From contig JBCBUK010000017.1 of NCBI GenBank assembly GCA_039818205.1, positions 1 to 64,000 of the forward strand: a stretch of 64,000 nt of DNA, written 5' to 3'. The translations under genes were made by a program, and so were the position numbers. How positions within the stretch are numbered: position 1 is the first letter of the stretch; each line of letters opens with the position of its first letter. Under the pieces are notes generated by a model. It was not told where the DNA came from. It was given only the letters and a program-made list of their open reading frames with translations, and made no database searches. Source of the stretch: Verrucomicrobiota bacterium. GTDB lineage: Bacteria; Verrucomicrobiota; Verrucomicrobiia; Opitutales; Cerasicoccaceae. Positions 19,097-29,727 of this stretch are shown piece after piece.

Positions 19097-21889
19097 ATGG
19101 AATTAAAAGACACTTTAAATCTTCCGCAGACACCGTTTCCGATGCGCGGAAACCTCGTAAAGAGAGAACCTGCACGCCTGGAACACTGGGAATCTACGGG
19201 ACTCTATGAGAAGATTCAGACGAAGAATGCCAGTGGCGAATCTTTCGTTCTTCACGATGGACCTCCGTTTACCAACGGGGATGTGCATATTGGCACTGCT
19301 CTAAATAAAATTTTGAAGGATTCCATCCTCCGCTACAAATCGATGCGGGGGTATCAAACCCCATATGTTGCCGGCTGGGATTGCCACGGTTTGCCCATTG
19401 AGCACAAGGTGAGCAAGGAACTGCGGGAGAAGGGGGAAGACCTGGAACCCGCTCAATTGCGGGAGGCGTGTGCTGAATTTTCCGCTGGGTTTATTGAGAC
19501 CCAGCGTAGCCAGTTCAAGCGTCTTGGTGTTCTTGCCGATTGGTCAGAAGAGTACAAAACCATGAAGCCCGAGTATGAGGCCGACATCTTACGAACCTTT
19601 GCCTGCTTTGTTGAACAGGGCTTGGTTTATCGGAGCAAGAAGCCGGTTTATTGGTCGATTCCATGTGAAACCGCCTTGGCAGAAGCCGAGATTGAGTATC
19701 AGGACCACGTAAGTCCCTCGATTTGGGTTAAGTTCGAGATCAAGGGGCACCAGTTCCTGCATATCGATGGTCCACTTTACATCGTCATTTGGACAACGAC
19801 ACCTTGGACACTGCCCGCGAACCTCGCAGTGGCCGTTCACCCGGATCTGGAGTACGTGGAAGTCCAGCATGGCGGTGAGACCTATCTCGTAGTCCACCAG
19901 CTGGCTGAAAACTTTATTGAGAATTGCGGTCTCGAAGGGGCGACCATGGGTAATAAACATCCAGGGCGCTCTCTTGAAACCCTCCAGGCCGATCATCCAT
20001 TCATCGACCGCAAGAGTCCGGTTGTTTTGGCCGATTATGTCACGACGGAAGCCGGCACAGGCTGCGTTCATACGGCTCCTGGTCACGGTCTGGATGACTA
20101 TTTGACCGGCCTGAAGTATGATCTCGAGATCTACTGCCCGCTGGATGATCACGGTTGCTATGTCAATGATGGCCAAGTTCCTGCTGAGCTGGTTGGTGTG
20201 ACCGTGCTAGAAACCAAGGGTAAGTGCCCCGCGAACATCGAGGTTCTCAAGATCCTCGAAGAGAAGGGGGCGCTCATGGCCAAGAAGCGCTACGAGCACC
20301 AATACCCGCATTGCTGGCGCTCGAAGACTCCTGTGGTGTTCCGCGCAATGGATCAATGGTTCGTATCTCTCGATGCCCATCACATGCGGGAAAAAGTCCT
20401 CGAACAGATCGATCAAGTCCAATGGACTCCCGAAGCCGGTATCAAACGCATTCGCGGAGCGGTTGAAAGTCGTCCCGATTGGTGCATCAGCCGTCAACGT
20501 TCCTGGGGTGTGCCGATCCCTGTCTTTTACGACGAAGACAAGAATCCACTCCTCAACAAGGATGTCATCTGTGCCTTGGCTGATAAGGTTGCCGAGCACG
20601 GGACGAATATCTGGTTTGAGCAATCGGCTGAAGAGTTGCTCAAAGGCATTATTCTGCCAGCTGAGTTTGGTGGAAAAACGCTCAAAAAGGGCGGAGATAC
20701 CTTGGACGTCTGGATTGACTCCGGCTGCTCTCATCGGGCGGTGCTGCAGCGCAATGAGAAGTTACAATGGCCCGCAGATCTCTATTTGGAAGGAAGCGAC
20801 CAACATCGCGGCTGGTTCCAGAGCTCGATCTGGACCGGTGTGATCGCCGACGGCAAGGCTCCCTACAAAAGTGTGATCACCCATGGTTTCATTGTGGATG
20901 AAAAGGGTGAGAAGATCTCGAAATCCAAGGGTGCGATGAGCTCCGATGGGTGGGTCAAAAAGTTCGGTGCCGACATCATGCGCCTCTGGGTCGCTTCCCA
21001 AGACTACCGCGGTGATATCCGCCTTTCGGAAAATCATTTTAAATTGGTCTCGAACGTCTATCGTGGCGTGCGCAACACCCTGATGTACCAATTGGGTAAT
21101 TTGCACGATTTCGATCCTGCGACCAACTCGGTCGATGTTGCGGAACTTACGCCGGTCGACCAGTGGGCATTGTCGCAAACGGCGGCCTACGTTGAGCGGG
21201 TTACGGATGCCCTGGACAAGTTTGAGTTTCACCGTGCGTATCAAGAGATTGACCGCTTTGTTGGAGTTACGCTGTCGCGGATTTATCATGCGATCCTCAA
21301 AGATCGTCTCTACACTTACGGGCCAGACTGGAAGGAGCGTCGTTCCTCCCAAACCGCCATCCTTGCTATTTTTAAAGCCTTGGTGAAAACGATTGCTCCG
21401 GTTCTGACCTTTACTGCCGACGAAGCGTGGAGCTTCTTCGTTAGCGGTCAGGAGATCGCCGAAGATAGCATCCACCTGCAGGCTTGGCCGGTTAGCGACG
21501 ATTTCGCATACGACGCCACGGTCGCTGGAGAAATCGATAAGATCATTAACTTCCGAGAGGAGCTGGTTAATTTGCCGCTCGAAAAACTCCGAGAGGAAAA
21601 GGTGATTGGTTCGAACCTGGACGCGAAGGTTGTCGTCAGTGGAAAAACCGACAATGAGCTCTTTGCTCTCTTGAACCGTTTCCAGGCAGATTTGCCGGAA
21701 CTATTCATCGTCTCGCAGGTCACCCTGGAAACAAAAAGTGAGGGTGATCTAGAAGTTTCAGCCGCCCATGCGGACGGCGTTCGTTGTCCACGTTCCTGGC
21801 GCTGGGTGCCTGAGCTCGTCAGTGCTGGGGACTTCGGAGAAGTTTCCCCACGTGATCGGGAGGCATTGCTGACACTTAACCTGGTCTAA
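19097..21889 (+). CDS. ileS: Isoleucyl-tRNA synthetase
   Basis: LHDGPPFTNGDVHIGTALNK (HIGH), GWDCHGLP, WTTTPWTLP, DWCISRQR, GSDQHRGWF, KISKS. Confidence 0.97.
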   Translation: MELKDTLNLPQTPFPMRGNLVKREPARLEHWESTGLYEKIQTKNASGESFVLHDGPPFTNGDVHIGTALNKILKDSILRYKSMRGYQTPYVAGWDCHGLPIEHKVSKELREKGEDLEPAQLREACAEFSAGFIETQRSQFKRLGVLADWSEEYKTMKPEYEADILRTFACFVEQGLVYRSKKPVYWSIPCETALAEAEIEYQDHVSPSIWVKFEIKGHQFLHIDGPLYIVIWTTTPWTLPANLAVAVHPDLEYVEVQHGGETYLVVHQLAENFIENCGLEGATMGNKHPGRSLETLQADHPFIDRKSPVVLADYVTTEAGTGCVHTAPGHGLDDYLTGLKYDLEIYCPLDDHGCYVNDGQVPAELVGVTVLETKGKCPANIEVLKILEEKGALMAKKRYEHQYPHCWRSKTPVVFRAMDQWFVSLDAHHMREKVLEQIDQVQWTPEAGIKRIRGAVESRPDWCISRQRSWGVPIPVFYDEDKNPLLNKDVICALADKVAEHGTNIWFEQSAEELLKGIILPAEFGGKTLKKGGDTLDVWIDSGCSHRAVLQRNEKLQWPADLYLEGSDQHRGWFQSSIWTGVIADGKAPYKSVITHGFIVDEKGEKISKSKGAMSSDGWVKKFGADIMRLWVASQDYRGDIRLSENHFKLVSNVYRGVRNTLMYQLGNLHDFDPATNSVDVAELTPVDQWALSQTAAYVERVTDALDKFEFHRAYQEIDRFVGVTLSRIYHAILKDRLYTYGPDWKERRSSQTAILAIFKALVKTIAPVLTFTADEAWSFFVSGQEIAEDSIHLQAWPVSDDFAYDATVAGEIDKIINFREELVNLPLEKLREEKVIGSNLDAKVVVSGKTDNELFALLNRFQADLPELFIVSQVTLETKSEGDLEVSAAHADGVRCPRSWRWVPELVSAGDFGEVSPRDREALLTLNLV

Positions 21890-21910
21890 TCTTTAACTAA
21901 AATAATTCAT

Positions 21911-22804
21911 ATGCCCGCGAAAAAGAAGACTGCGAAGAAAGCTACCAAGAAAACCGCTGCCAAGAAGACCGCCACGAAAAAGACGGCTTCCAAGGCCGCC
22001 AAAAGTGCGAAGAAAGCAGCGGCTGCAGCTCCTTCGAAACCGGCGGACGAAAAGACGAAGGCACTGGTTCTCGGAGCCCGTCGTCGCAGCAACACACCTT
22101 CCATGTTCAAGGTAAAGAAGGGCAAGACCCCCGTGGTCTTCACCATGGAGGACGTTGCGCAAATTCTGGAGACCAAAAAGAACGAGCCAGAAGCACAACC
22201 GACGAAGAAGATTGCGAAGAAGGTAGCAGCCGAAAAACCAGCTGTTGATGAGGCGCAAATAGAAAACCGTGCGCATGCAGCCGCATCATTGGCCGATATT
22301 CTGGGCTTTAATCCCACGGAGACGCGCTCGGACAGCACCGCGCGCGGTCGTGAAGTGCCTCGCAAATGGCAGAAGCACTATAAGCTGCTGTTGGGCCTGC
22401 GCGATCACGTGACCGATGAACTGGAACTCCACACTGCGGACACACTGAAGCGCTCTAATCGAGAAGACTCTGGTGACCTGTCGGGCTACGGTCAGCACAT
22501 GGCCGATGCGGGTACTGATACCTTTGATCGCGATTTCGCTCTCAGTCTGGTAGCCAACGAGCAGGAAGCGCTCTACGAGATTGAGGAGGCTATTCAGCGA
22601 ATCTTTGATGGCACCTACGGCGTTTGCGAGCAGACCGAAGAGCCGATCGATAGTGAGCGCTTGTTGGCGGTTCCGTTTACCCGTTACTCGCTTGAAGGAC
22701 AGCGCCAGATGGAACGTCAGCGTAAGCACAAAACTCAGCGCGGCGGGGTCTTCACGGACAACGATGACGATCTCTCCCTTGGTGGTGACGACGACGACAA
22801 CTAA
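21911..22804 (+). CDS. DksA/TraR-family regulator with a histone-like K/A-rich N-terminus
   Basis: HMADAGTD coiled-coil tip; EIEEAIQRIFDGTYGVCEQTEEPIDSERLLAVPFTRYS. Confidence 0.88.
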   Translation: MPAKKKTAKKATKKTAAKKTATKKTASKAAKSAKKAAAAAPSKPADEKTKALVLGARRRSNTPSMFKVKKGKTPVVFTMEDVAQILETKKNEPEAQPTKKIAKKVAAEKPAVDEAQIENRAHAAASLADILGFNPTETRSDSTARGREVPRKWQKHYKLLLGLRDHVTDELELHTADTLKRSNREDSGDLSGYGQHMADAGTDTFDRDFALSLVANEQEALYEIEEAIQRIFDGTYGVCEQTEEPIDSERLLAVPFTRYSLEGQRQMERQRKHKTQRGGVFTDNDDDLSLGGDDDDN

Positions 22805-22812
22805 TTTATCGA

Positions 22813-23382
22813 ATGCGAGCGACCGTGAGTAATGCGCCGGGTCAGGACGTTGCCAGCGGCCGAGTTGAAGCTGATTACCGCCGCCTGTTTATTGTGGCGG
22901 TAATCGTCCTGATTCTTGATCAGGTGTCGAAGCTATGGATTGTCCGGGCGGTGCCGCCTGGAGCTAATCCCGTTGACGGCGGTTTGATTGAAGTCGTTCC
23001 CGGCTTTTTCTATATCATCCATGTGTATAACACCGGAGCGGCCTGGGGCATGTTTGCCGGCTACTCGTATATCCTAGGGTTGTTGGGCTTCGTCGCCTTG
23101 GCTGGCATTTATTTCTTCCGAAAATATTTTGAGTTGCACCGCTCGTTTGTGCAACTCGCCTTTGGACTCTTGATCGGTGGTATCATTGGGAACATGATCG
23201 ACCGCTTCGCTTACGGCCATGTGGTCGATTTCCTAGACTTTCATTTGGGATCATACCGCTACCCGGCCTTCAATGTTGCTGATAGCGGCATTACCGTTGG
23301 CGTGGGCCTTTACATCGTCTGGACGGTTATTGAAGGCTTCCGATCGAAAAAGGAAGAAGTGGAGAAGACGGAAGCAGAATAA
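22813..23382 (+). CDS. lspA: Lipoprotein signal peptidase II
   Basis: DQVSK, NTGAAWG, GNMIDR, VVDF, FNVAD. The start may be the GTG at 22825. Confidence 0.95.
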   Translation: MRATVSNAPGQDVASGRVEADYRRLFIVAVIVLILDQVSKLWIVRAVPPGANPVDGGLIEVVPGFFYIIHVYNTGAAWGMFAGYSYILGLLGFVALAGIYFFRKYFELHRSFVQLAFGLLIGGIIGNMIDRFAYGHVVDFLDFHLGSYRYPAFNVADSGITVGVGLYIVWTVIEGFRSKKEEVEKTEAE

Positions 23383-23513
23383 GCTTCGGGCCTCCTCGTT
23401 TGGGATCGAACGGTTCCGATCTGTGTGATGGTGTCCAAAAAATTGCGCAATGATTTGATAAATTGTGCGGTAAGCCTTGACTAACCGGTAGTGCTTTTAG
23501 TGTTACTTATAGC

Positions 23514-26500
23514 ATGGATAAGCTACTTGCCGCTAATCGCAGCGAAATCGCCGTCCGTATATTCCGCAGTGCGACCGAGTTAGGACTCCGCACAGTTGCA
23601 GTTTATGCAGATGAAGACCGTTTCGGAGTCCACCGCTTTAAAGCTGACGAGTCTTATCTGGTTGGGGTTGGACGAGGGCCTGTAGCGGCCTACCTGGATA
23701 TCGAAGGTATCGTCGCACTTGCTAAAGCGAAGGGCGTAAAATACATCCATCCAGGGTATGGTTTTCTATCGGAGAACGCCAATTTTGCCCGAGCCGTTGG
23801 CGATGCTGGGTTGACCTTTGTTGGCCCCCAGCCGGAGATGCTCGAGCGTATGGGCGACAAAGTCGAAGCCCGTAAAATTGCTGACGAGGCGGGTGTGCCC
23901 ACCTTGCCGGGAACCAAGGATCCGATTAAGGATTCCAAGAAGGCGATCGCCGCAGCGAAGAAGGTCGGGTTTCCACTGATTGTGAAAGCCGCCTTTGGTG
24001 GTGGTGGCCGCGGTATGCGGGTCGTAAAGAAAGAAGAAGACTTGATCCCCATGTTGCAGGAAGCGCAAAACGAAGCGCAGACGGCTTTCGGAAATCCGGC
24101 AGTATTTCTTGAGCGCTACGTGGGCCGTGCGAAACACCTTGAGGTTCAAATTTTAGGCGATAAGCATGGCAATGTGATGCACCTGCATGAGCGGGACTGC
24201 TCGGTTCAACGTCGCCACCAGAAAGTGGTGGAAGTCGCGCCATCAATCGATCTTCCTGAAGACACGCGCAAAGAATTGTGCGCGGCAGCGGTAAAGATCG
24301 CGCAGACCGTAAAATATGAGAATGCTGGGACCGTTGAATTCCTTTACGACCTTGATACCGATGAGTGGTTCTTCATTGAAATGAACCCGCGGATTCAAGT
24401 GGAGCACACGGTGACTGAAGTCATTACCGGTATCGACATCGTGCGCTCACAGGTTCTGATCGCTCAAGGTAAGAAATTGACCGATCCGGAGCTTGGACTG
24501 CCAGCCCAGGATGAGGTGCCTCGCAATGGTTACGCCATGCAGGCCCGGATTACCACCGAGGATCCGGAAAAGAATTTCGCTCCGGACTACGGTAAGATCG
24601 TAAACTATCGATCGGCCGCTGGTTTCGGTATTCGCTTGGACGGCGCGATGGGCGACACCGGTTCAGTCATCACTCCGTTTTACGATTCGCTTTTGGTAAA
24701 GCTCACCGCATCGGCTTCGAATTTCGATGTCGCATGCCAACGGATGCGTCGCGCCTTGCAGGAGATGCGAATCCGTGGAGTGAAGACGAATATTCCGTTT
24801 ATTGAGAACGTGATTAGCCACCCGGAATTCGTATCGGGAATGGCGACCACGACCATGATTGACCGCTCTCCTGAGCTGTTTGAGTTTAAGGCGCGTCGTG
24901 ACCGTGCGACCAAGTTGTTGAATCTGCTTGGCGATACCATCGTCAATGGTAATGAGCAGGTCAAAGGACGCCCCGTCCCGAAGATGGACCTGCCGGTGAT
25001 TCGACCAGAGTATGACGGCAAAGCTGACATCCCAAAAGGAACAAGGGACTACCTGCTCAAACATGGTGCGAAGAAGTTTGCCGAGTGGACAATGAAGCAG
25101 AAGCGTCTGCTGATAACCGACACGACTTTCCGCGACGCCCACCAAAGCCTTTTGGCCGCCCGTGTGCGGACCTATGATATGCTTCAGGTCGCAGATGCGA
25201 TGGCCCACCGGGCACCCGAATTATTCTCGATGGAAATGTGGGGTGGGGCGACCTTTGATACCTCGATGCGCTTCTTGAAGGAGGGGCCTTACAAACGCCT
25301 GCGCAAATTGCGTGAGCGCATTCCTAATATCTGTTTCCAGATGCTTTTCCGCGGATCAAATGCGGTTGGCTATTCGACATATCCAGACAATGTCATCAAG
25401 GGCTTCATCAAGCATTCTGCCGAGGCTGGCATGGATATTTTCCGAATCTTTGATTCGCTGAATTACCTGCCGAACTTGAAGGTCGCGATGGAAACAGTTG
25501 CCTCTGACACTCATGCGGTCTGTGAGGGAACCTTGTGCTATACCGGGAACATCATGGACCCAAAGCGCGACAAGTATGACCTGAAATACTACGTCGATCT
25601 TGCCAAGGAACTCGAGAAGATGGGCGCGCACATGATCGCCATCAAGGACATGTCGGGACTGTGTCATCCATTGGCCGCGGAGAAGCTGGTTAAGACCTTA
25701 AAGCAAGAAGTAGGCATTCCAATTCACTTCCACACGCATGATTCCAGCGGCATTGCAAGTGCCTCCGTTCTCAAAGCTGCGGAAGCTGGTGTCGACGTGG
25801 TCGACCTTGCGATTTCTTCGCTCTCTGGCCTGACGGCACAGCCTAATTTGAATTCTATCGTTTACTCATTGGCGGGATCGTCGCGAGACACCAAGCTCGA
25901 TCAAGGCTTCCTTGATGAGTTGTCCATTTACTGGGAAGCGGTGCGCCAATATTATGGACCCTTTGATACTTCGCCAAAGTTTGGCAGCGCGGAGGTCTAT
26001 CAGCATGAGATGCCGGGAGGGCAATACACGAACCTGCGCGAGCAGGCTGCTTCGCTGGGGCTGGGTTCGCGTTGGCCCGAGGTGGTTCGCTACTATGAAG
26101 AGGTCAATCAGCTCTTTGGCGACATCGTCAAGGTAACGCCAAGTTCAAAGGTTGTCGGTGATATGGCGATGTTCCTCCTGACCCGCGGCATCGAGCCGTC
26201 TGATTTGGTTAACTTGGAACCCGGTAGCCAGCCATTCCCGGCATCGGTTATCGATATGCTTTCCGGCGGTTTGGGACAACCCAAGGGCGGTTGGCCTAAG
26301 AAGGTCCAGAAGGTGGTGCTAGGGGATCAAAAAGCCCGTAAGGGTCGCCCAGGTAGCTACGCCGAGAAAATTGACTTAGACAAGACCCTGAAAGCGGTCA
26401 AAAAGATCCGCGGGCCTGAGGCGGATACCGATGATCTTTACAGCTACCTGATGTATCCCGAGGTCTACAAACAGCTGGTTGATTATTTACAGGAGTTTGG

Positions 26501-26954
26501 TCACGCTCGCGTATTACCAACGCCGGCATTCTTTTATGGATTGAAAACGGGCCAAGAGATTTCGGTTGAGATCGAAGAAGGTAAAACGCTCTTTGTTAAG
26601 TTGATTTATGTGGGTGAGCCGAATGAAGAGGGCGTGCGCACCTTGACCTTCGAACTTAATGGCCGCCCGCGTGAAACCGTCGTTCGCGATAAGTCAGTGG
26701 CATCCGAGGCGGCCAGTCGCCAGCAAGCCGATCCATCCGATACCAAACAGATCGGTGCGCCGATTCCAGCAATGATTAGCAGTGTGTCCGCAACGGTGGG
26801 GCACAAGGTCAAGAAGGGAGACAAACTCGTCGTCCTTGAGGCAATGAAAATGCAAAGCACAATCTATGCACCGTGTGCCGGCGTTATCGATGAAGTGACC
26901 GTGAAATCGGGTGATCGTGTTGAGGCCAAAGACCTTTTGGTCCGATTACGTTAA
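23514..26954 (+). CDS. pyc: Pyruvate carboxylase
   Basis: Biotin carboxylase (ANRSEIA, ERDCSVQRRHQK), carboxyltransferase (RDAHQSL, WGGATFD, HFHTHD) and biotinyl EAMKM domains. Confidence 0.97.
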   Translation: MDKLLAANRSEIAVRIFRSATELGLRTVAVYADEDRFGVHRFKADESYLVGVGRGPVAAYLDIEGIVALAKAKGVKYIHPGYGFLSENANFARAVGDAGLTFVGPQPEMLERMGDKVEARKIADEAGVPTLPGTKDPIKDSKKAIAAAKKVGFPLIVKAAFGGGGRGMRVVKKEEDLIPMLQEAQNEAQTAFGNPAVFLERYVGRAKHLEVQILGDKHGNVMHLHERDCSVQRRHQKVVEVAPSIDLPEDTRKELCAAAVKIAQTVKYENAGTVEFLYDLDTDEWFFIEMNPRIQVEHTVTEVITGIDIVRSQVLIAQGKKLTDPELGLPAQDEVPRNGYAMQARITTEDPEKNFAPDYGKIVNYRSAAGFGIRLDGAMGDTGSVITPFYDSLLVKLTASASNFDVACQRMRRALQEMRIRGVKTNIPFIENVISHPEFVSGMATTTMIDRSPELFEFKARRDRATKLLNLLGDTIVNGNEQVKGRPVPKMDLPVIRPEYDGKADIPKGTRDYLLKHGAKKFAEWTMKQKRLLITDTTFRDAHQSLLAARVRTYDMLQVADAMAHRAPELFSMEMWGGATFDTSMRFLKEGPYKRLRKLRERIPNICFQMLFRGSNAVGYSTYPDNVIKGFIKHSAEAGMDIFRIFDSLNYLPNLKVAMETVASDTHAVCEGTLCYTGNIMDPKRDKYDLKYYVDLAKELEKMGAHMIAIKDMSGLCHPLAAEKLVKTLKQEVGIPIHFHTHDSSGIASASVLKAAEAGVDVVDLAISSLSGLTAQPNLNSIVYSLAGSSRDTKLDQGFLDELSIYWEAVRQYYGPFDTSPKFGSAEVYQHEMPGGQYTNLREQAASLGLGSRWPEVVRYYEEVNQLFGDIVKVTPSSKVVGDMAMFLLTRGIEPSDLVNLEPGSQPFPASVIDMLSGGLGQPKGGWPKKVQKVVLGDQKARKGRPGSYAEKIDLDKTLKAVKKIRGPEADTDDLYSYLMYPEVYKQLVDYLQEFGHARVLPTPAFFYGLKTGQEISVEIEEGKTLFVKLIYVGEPNEEGVRTLTFELNGRPRETVVRDKSVASEAASRQQADPSDTKQIGAPIPAMISSVSATVGHKVKKGDKLVVLEAMKMQSTIYAPCAGVIDEVTVKSGDRVEAKDLLVRLR

Positions 26955-26983
26955 TATCACGTTTCTCTAACTAGGTATTTACG

Positions 26984-27016
26984 AAAGCTGGTGGGTATAG
27001 ACCCCACCAGCTTTTT
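26984..27016 (+). terminator. Intrinsic terminator after pyc
   Basis: AAAGCTGGTGGG...CCCACCAGCTTT stem with a T-run. Confidence 0.85.
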
Positions 27017-27081
27017 AGTATTTGTAAAATCAGTCCAAAGTCCACCGCTGGCGGTAGTGGTGGATTGTATTAGATTGGTAC

Positions 27082-27097
27082 ATGACGGCTTTGTCAT
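27082..27097. promoter_or_regulatory. CusR/CopR-type palindromic box
   Basis: ATGAC-GGCTTT-GTCAT, about 80 bp upstream of the peroxidase ATG, with the same ATGAC-N6-GTCAT layout as the E. coli CusR box. Confidence 0.6.
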
Positions 27098-27179
27098 ATA
27101 AACGAATACCACCTGTTCATGTTGTTGGTGATAAACCTATAGAATCTGAACCCTTGTGGTTACTCTAACGCAAAACACA

Positions 27180-28928
27180 ATGAACAAAAACTCTATCAAG
27201 ATTATCCTGTTATCAGTGGGTGTTTCACTACTGGTAAGCAGCAATGCCTCTGCCCAAAGGCAGGGCGATCAGCGTGATCGCTCTTCACGTGATCGATCGG
27301 GCTCTTCGCGCGAGCAATCGCGACCATCTCAAGAGGGCAACCTCGGGACGGCAGTTTTCCCGGAAGAATACCGATCAATTGACGGTACGGGAAACAACAT
27401 CGAAGAACCGATCTGGGGAAGTGCTCAAGATGCATTCTTGCGTCTGTTCGATGAAGACTACGCCGATGGAATTGAGGCGCCAAGTGGAGGCGATCGACCC
27501 AGCCCACGTGCGATCAGCAACGCGGTGGTGGCCCAAGATGGCGACACACCAAACTCAGCCAATGCCACTGACTACCTTTGGCAGTGGGGCCAGTTTCTCG
27601 ATCACGACATTACCGAGACCCCGATTGTCGATCCACTCGAACCGTTGAATATTGCGGTGCCAGCTGGCGATCCATGGTTTGATCCATTTAATACGGGCGC
27701 GGTAGAAATTGCGCTCAATCGATCGTTTTACGTTTATGACAACGATGGTGTGCGCCAGCAGGTGAATCAAATCACCGCCTTTATTGATGCATCGAATGTC
27801 TATGGTTCCGACCATGAACGCGCCGAAGATCTGCGCGCGAATGACGGCTCCGGTCGTCTTCGGGTGAGCGAGGGCGATTATCTGCCCTATAACATCAATG
27901 AGCTTGAAAATGCGCCTTCACATGATCCCAACTTCTATATCGCCGGTGATTTTAGGGCGAATGAGCAGGTTGGTTTGATTGCGATGCATACTTTGTTTGT
28001 CCGTGAGCACAACTACTGGGCAGACCGTTTCCGGAGCCAAAACCCTGATGCCGATGGCGATACGATCTATGAGATGGCCCGTGCTGTGGTCGCAGCAGAA
28101 ATGCAGGTTATAACCTATCGCGAATTCTTGCCGATCGTTATTGGTCGCAACGCTATTCCGCGCTATGAAGGATACGATCCAAGCGTGGATCCGGGGATAG
28201 CGAACGCATTCGCGACGGCCGCCTATCGTTTCGGGCATACGATGTTGTCCACCGAGCTCCTACGCATCGACGAGAATGGCAACACCATTGCGGAAGGAAA
28301 TTTGTCCTTGGCTGATGCGTTCTTTAATCCCGACGAATTTGCCGTGGCAGGTATGGAGCCGATTCTGCGGGGCCTTGGGGCACAGGTCGCCCAAGAGATT
28401 GATCCGATGCTAATTGATGATGTGCGGAACTTCCTGTTTGGCCCTCCAGGAGCGGGCGGATTCGATTTGGCTTCGCTCAACGTTCAGCGTGGTCGCGATC
28501 ACGGTTTGCCTAGTTACAACGACGCTCGTGAAGCCCTTGGGCTCGGTCGTGTCGCCGATTTCTCGGAAGTAAGCTCGGACCCGGTTACAGCAGCAAATCT
28601 CGCTTCGGTCTACGCAAGCGTCGACGACATCGACCTTTGGATCGGAGGGTTATCGGAAGACAAGGTTGACGGAGCGCTCGTCGGAGAAACCTGGCAGGCA
28701 ATCTTAGCCGATCAGTTCCAGCGTCTACGCGATGGTGATCGCTTCTGGTACGAGGGATACTTGCCGCCAGCATGGGTGGATATGGTCGAAGATCAAACGC
28801 TGTCTCGCATTGTTCGTCGGAACACCGAGATTGGACCAGAGTTATCCGATAATGTATTCGTTATAGAGCCGGAGCGCGACCGTCGCGACCGCGACCGGAA
28901 TCGTGACGGCCGCCGGGAGCGGCGCTAA
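27180..28928 (+). CDS. Secreted heme peroxidase (peroxidase-cyclooxygenase superfamily)
   Basis: Signal peptide; YRSIDGTGNN, WGQFLDHD, TAFIDASNVYG, GDFRANE, AYRFGH, QRGRDHG, RDGDRFWY. Confidence 0.93.
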   Translation: MNKNSIKIILLSVGVSLLVSSNASAQRQGDQRDRSSRDRSGSSREQSRPSQEGNLGTAVFPEEYRSIDGTGNNIEEPIWGSAQDAFLRLFDEDYADGIEAPSGGDRPSPRAISNAVVAQDGDTPNSANATDYLWQWGQFLDHDITETPIVDPLEPLNIAVPAGDPWFDPFNTGAVEIALNRSFYVYDNDGVRQQVNQITAFIDASNVYGSDHERAEDLRANDGSGRLRVSEGDYLPYNINELENAPSHDPNFYIAGDFRANEQVGLIAMHTLFVREHNYWADRFRSQNPDADGDTIYEMARAVVAAEMQVITYREFLPIVIGRNAIPRYEGYDPSVDPGIANAFATAAYRFGHTMLSTELLRIDENGNTIAEGNLSLADAFFNPDEFAVAGMEPILRGLGAQVAQEIDPMLIDDVRNFLFGPPGAGGFDLASLNVQRGRDHGLPSYNDAREALGLGRVADFSEVSSDPVTAANLASVYASVDDIDLWIGGLSEDKVDGALVGETWQAILADQFQRLRDGDRFWYEGYLPPAWVDMVEDQTLSRIVRRNTEIGPELSDNVFVIEPERDRRDRDRNRDGRRERR

Positions 28929-28954
28929 CTTTTGGTATACAGGATATTGCGAGA

Positions 28955-28983
28955 GCGCCCGGCAATGCCCGGGCGTTTTTTTT
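28955..28983 (+). terminator. Intrinsic terminator after the peroxidase
   Basis: GCGCCCGG-CAATGC-CCGGGCGT followed by a long T-run. Confidence 0.8.
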
Positions 28984-29027
28984 GCAACTTTTTGGTCCCA
29001 CGTTGGTTAGAACCTTTGTTATTTATC

Positions 29028-29696
29028 ATGAAAGTACTAGCCGTTGAAGATGAAAGAAAAATTGCCAACTTCATCCGCCAGGGATTGGTTGCTGAAGGGC
29101 ATAACGTCGAGGTCGCCCATACTGGAAAGGAAGGCCTCTCTCGGGCAAAGGAGCAGCAATTTGATGCTGTTGTATTGGATATCATGTTGCCGGAGATGGA
29201 CGGGTTGGAAGTCTTGCGCCAGATGCGCAAAGACGGCCTGAACATGCCGGTAATATTAGTTACCGCACGCGGCCAAGTCGATGATCGGGTAGATGGGCTC
29301 CGGCTGGGAGCAGACGATTATCTCGTGAAACCCTTTTACGTTGAGGAGTTGGCGGCGCGTCTCTTGGCAGTATGTCGCCGAACCGCGGGTGAGCACCTCA
29401 ACCTTAGGCAGCATGGCGAATTGACACTCAATCTGGCCACGCGTGAAGTGCGTTGGCGGGACCAGCAGATCGAGCTGACTTCACGTGAGTTCAATATGCT
29501 TGAATATTTTATGCGCTCACCGGGTCGGGTCTATACGCGACCACAGATATTGGAGCATGTCTGGCAATACCACTTTGACCCCGGGACGAATCTCGTCGAC
29601 GTCTACATCAAACGTTTGCGTCGCAAGCTGACGGATGAGGGGGCTCCGGCGAGCATAGAAACCGTTCGTGGCGTTGGTTATCGTATTGCTGCATGA
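29028..29696 (+). CDS. OmpR-family response regulator (CusR/CopR-like)
   Basis: MKVLAVEDE, LDIMLP, GADDYLVKPF, winged helix TNLVDVYIKRLRRKL, ETVRGVGY. ATG at 29028 lies after the terminator. Confidence 0.93.
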   Translation: MKVLAVEDERKIANFIRQGLVAEGHNVEVAHTGKEGLSRAKEQQFDAVVLDIMLPEMDGLEVLRQMRKDGLNMPVILVTARGQVDDRVDGLRLGADDYLVKPFYVEELAARLLAVCRRTAGEHLNLRQHGELTLNLATREVRWRDQQIELTSREFNMLEYFMRSPGRVYTRPQILEHVWQYHFDPGTNLVDVYIKRLRRKLTDEGAPASIETVRGVGYRIAA

Positions 29697-29727
29697 GCCG
29701 AGCAACTTATCCCGTTAACTCGGAGCA

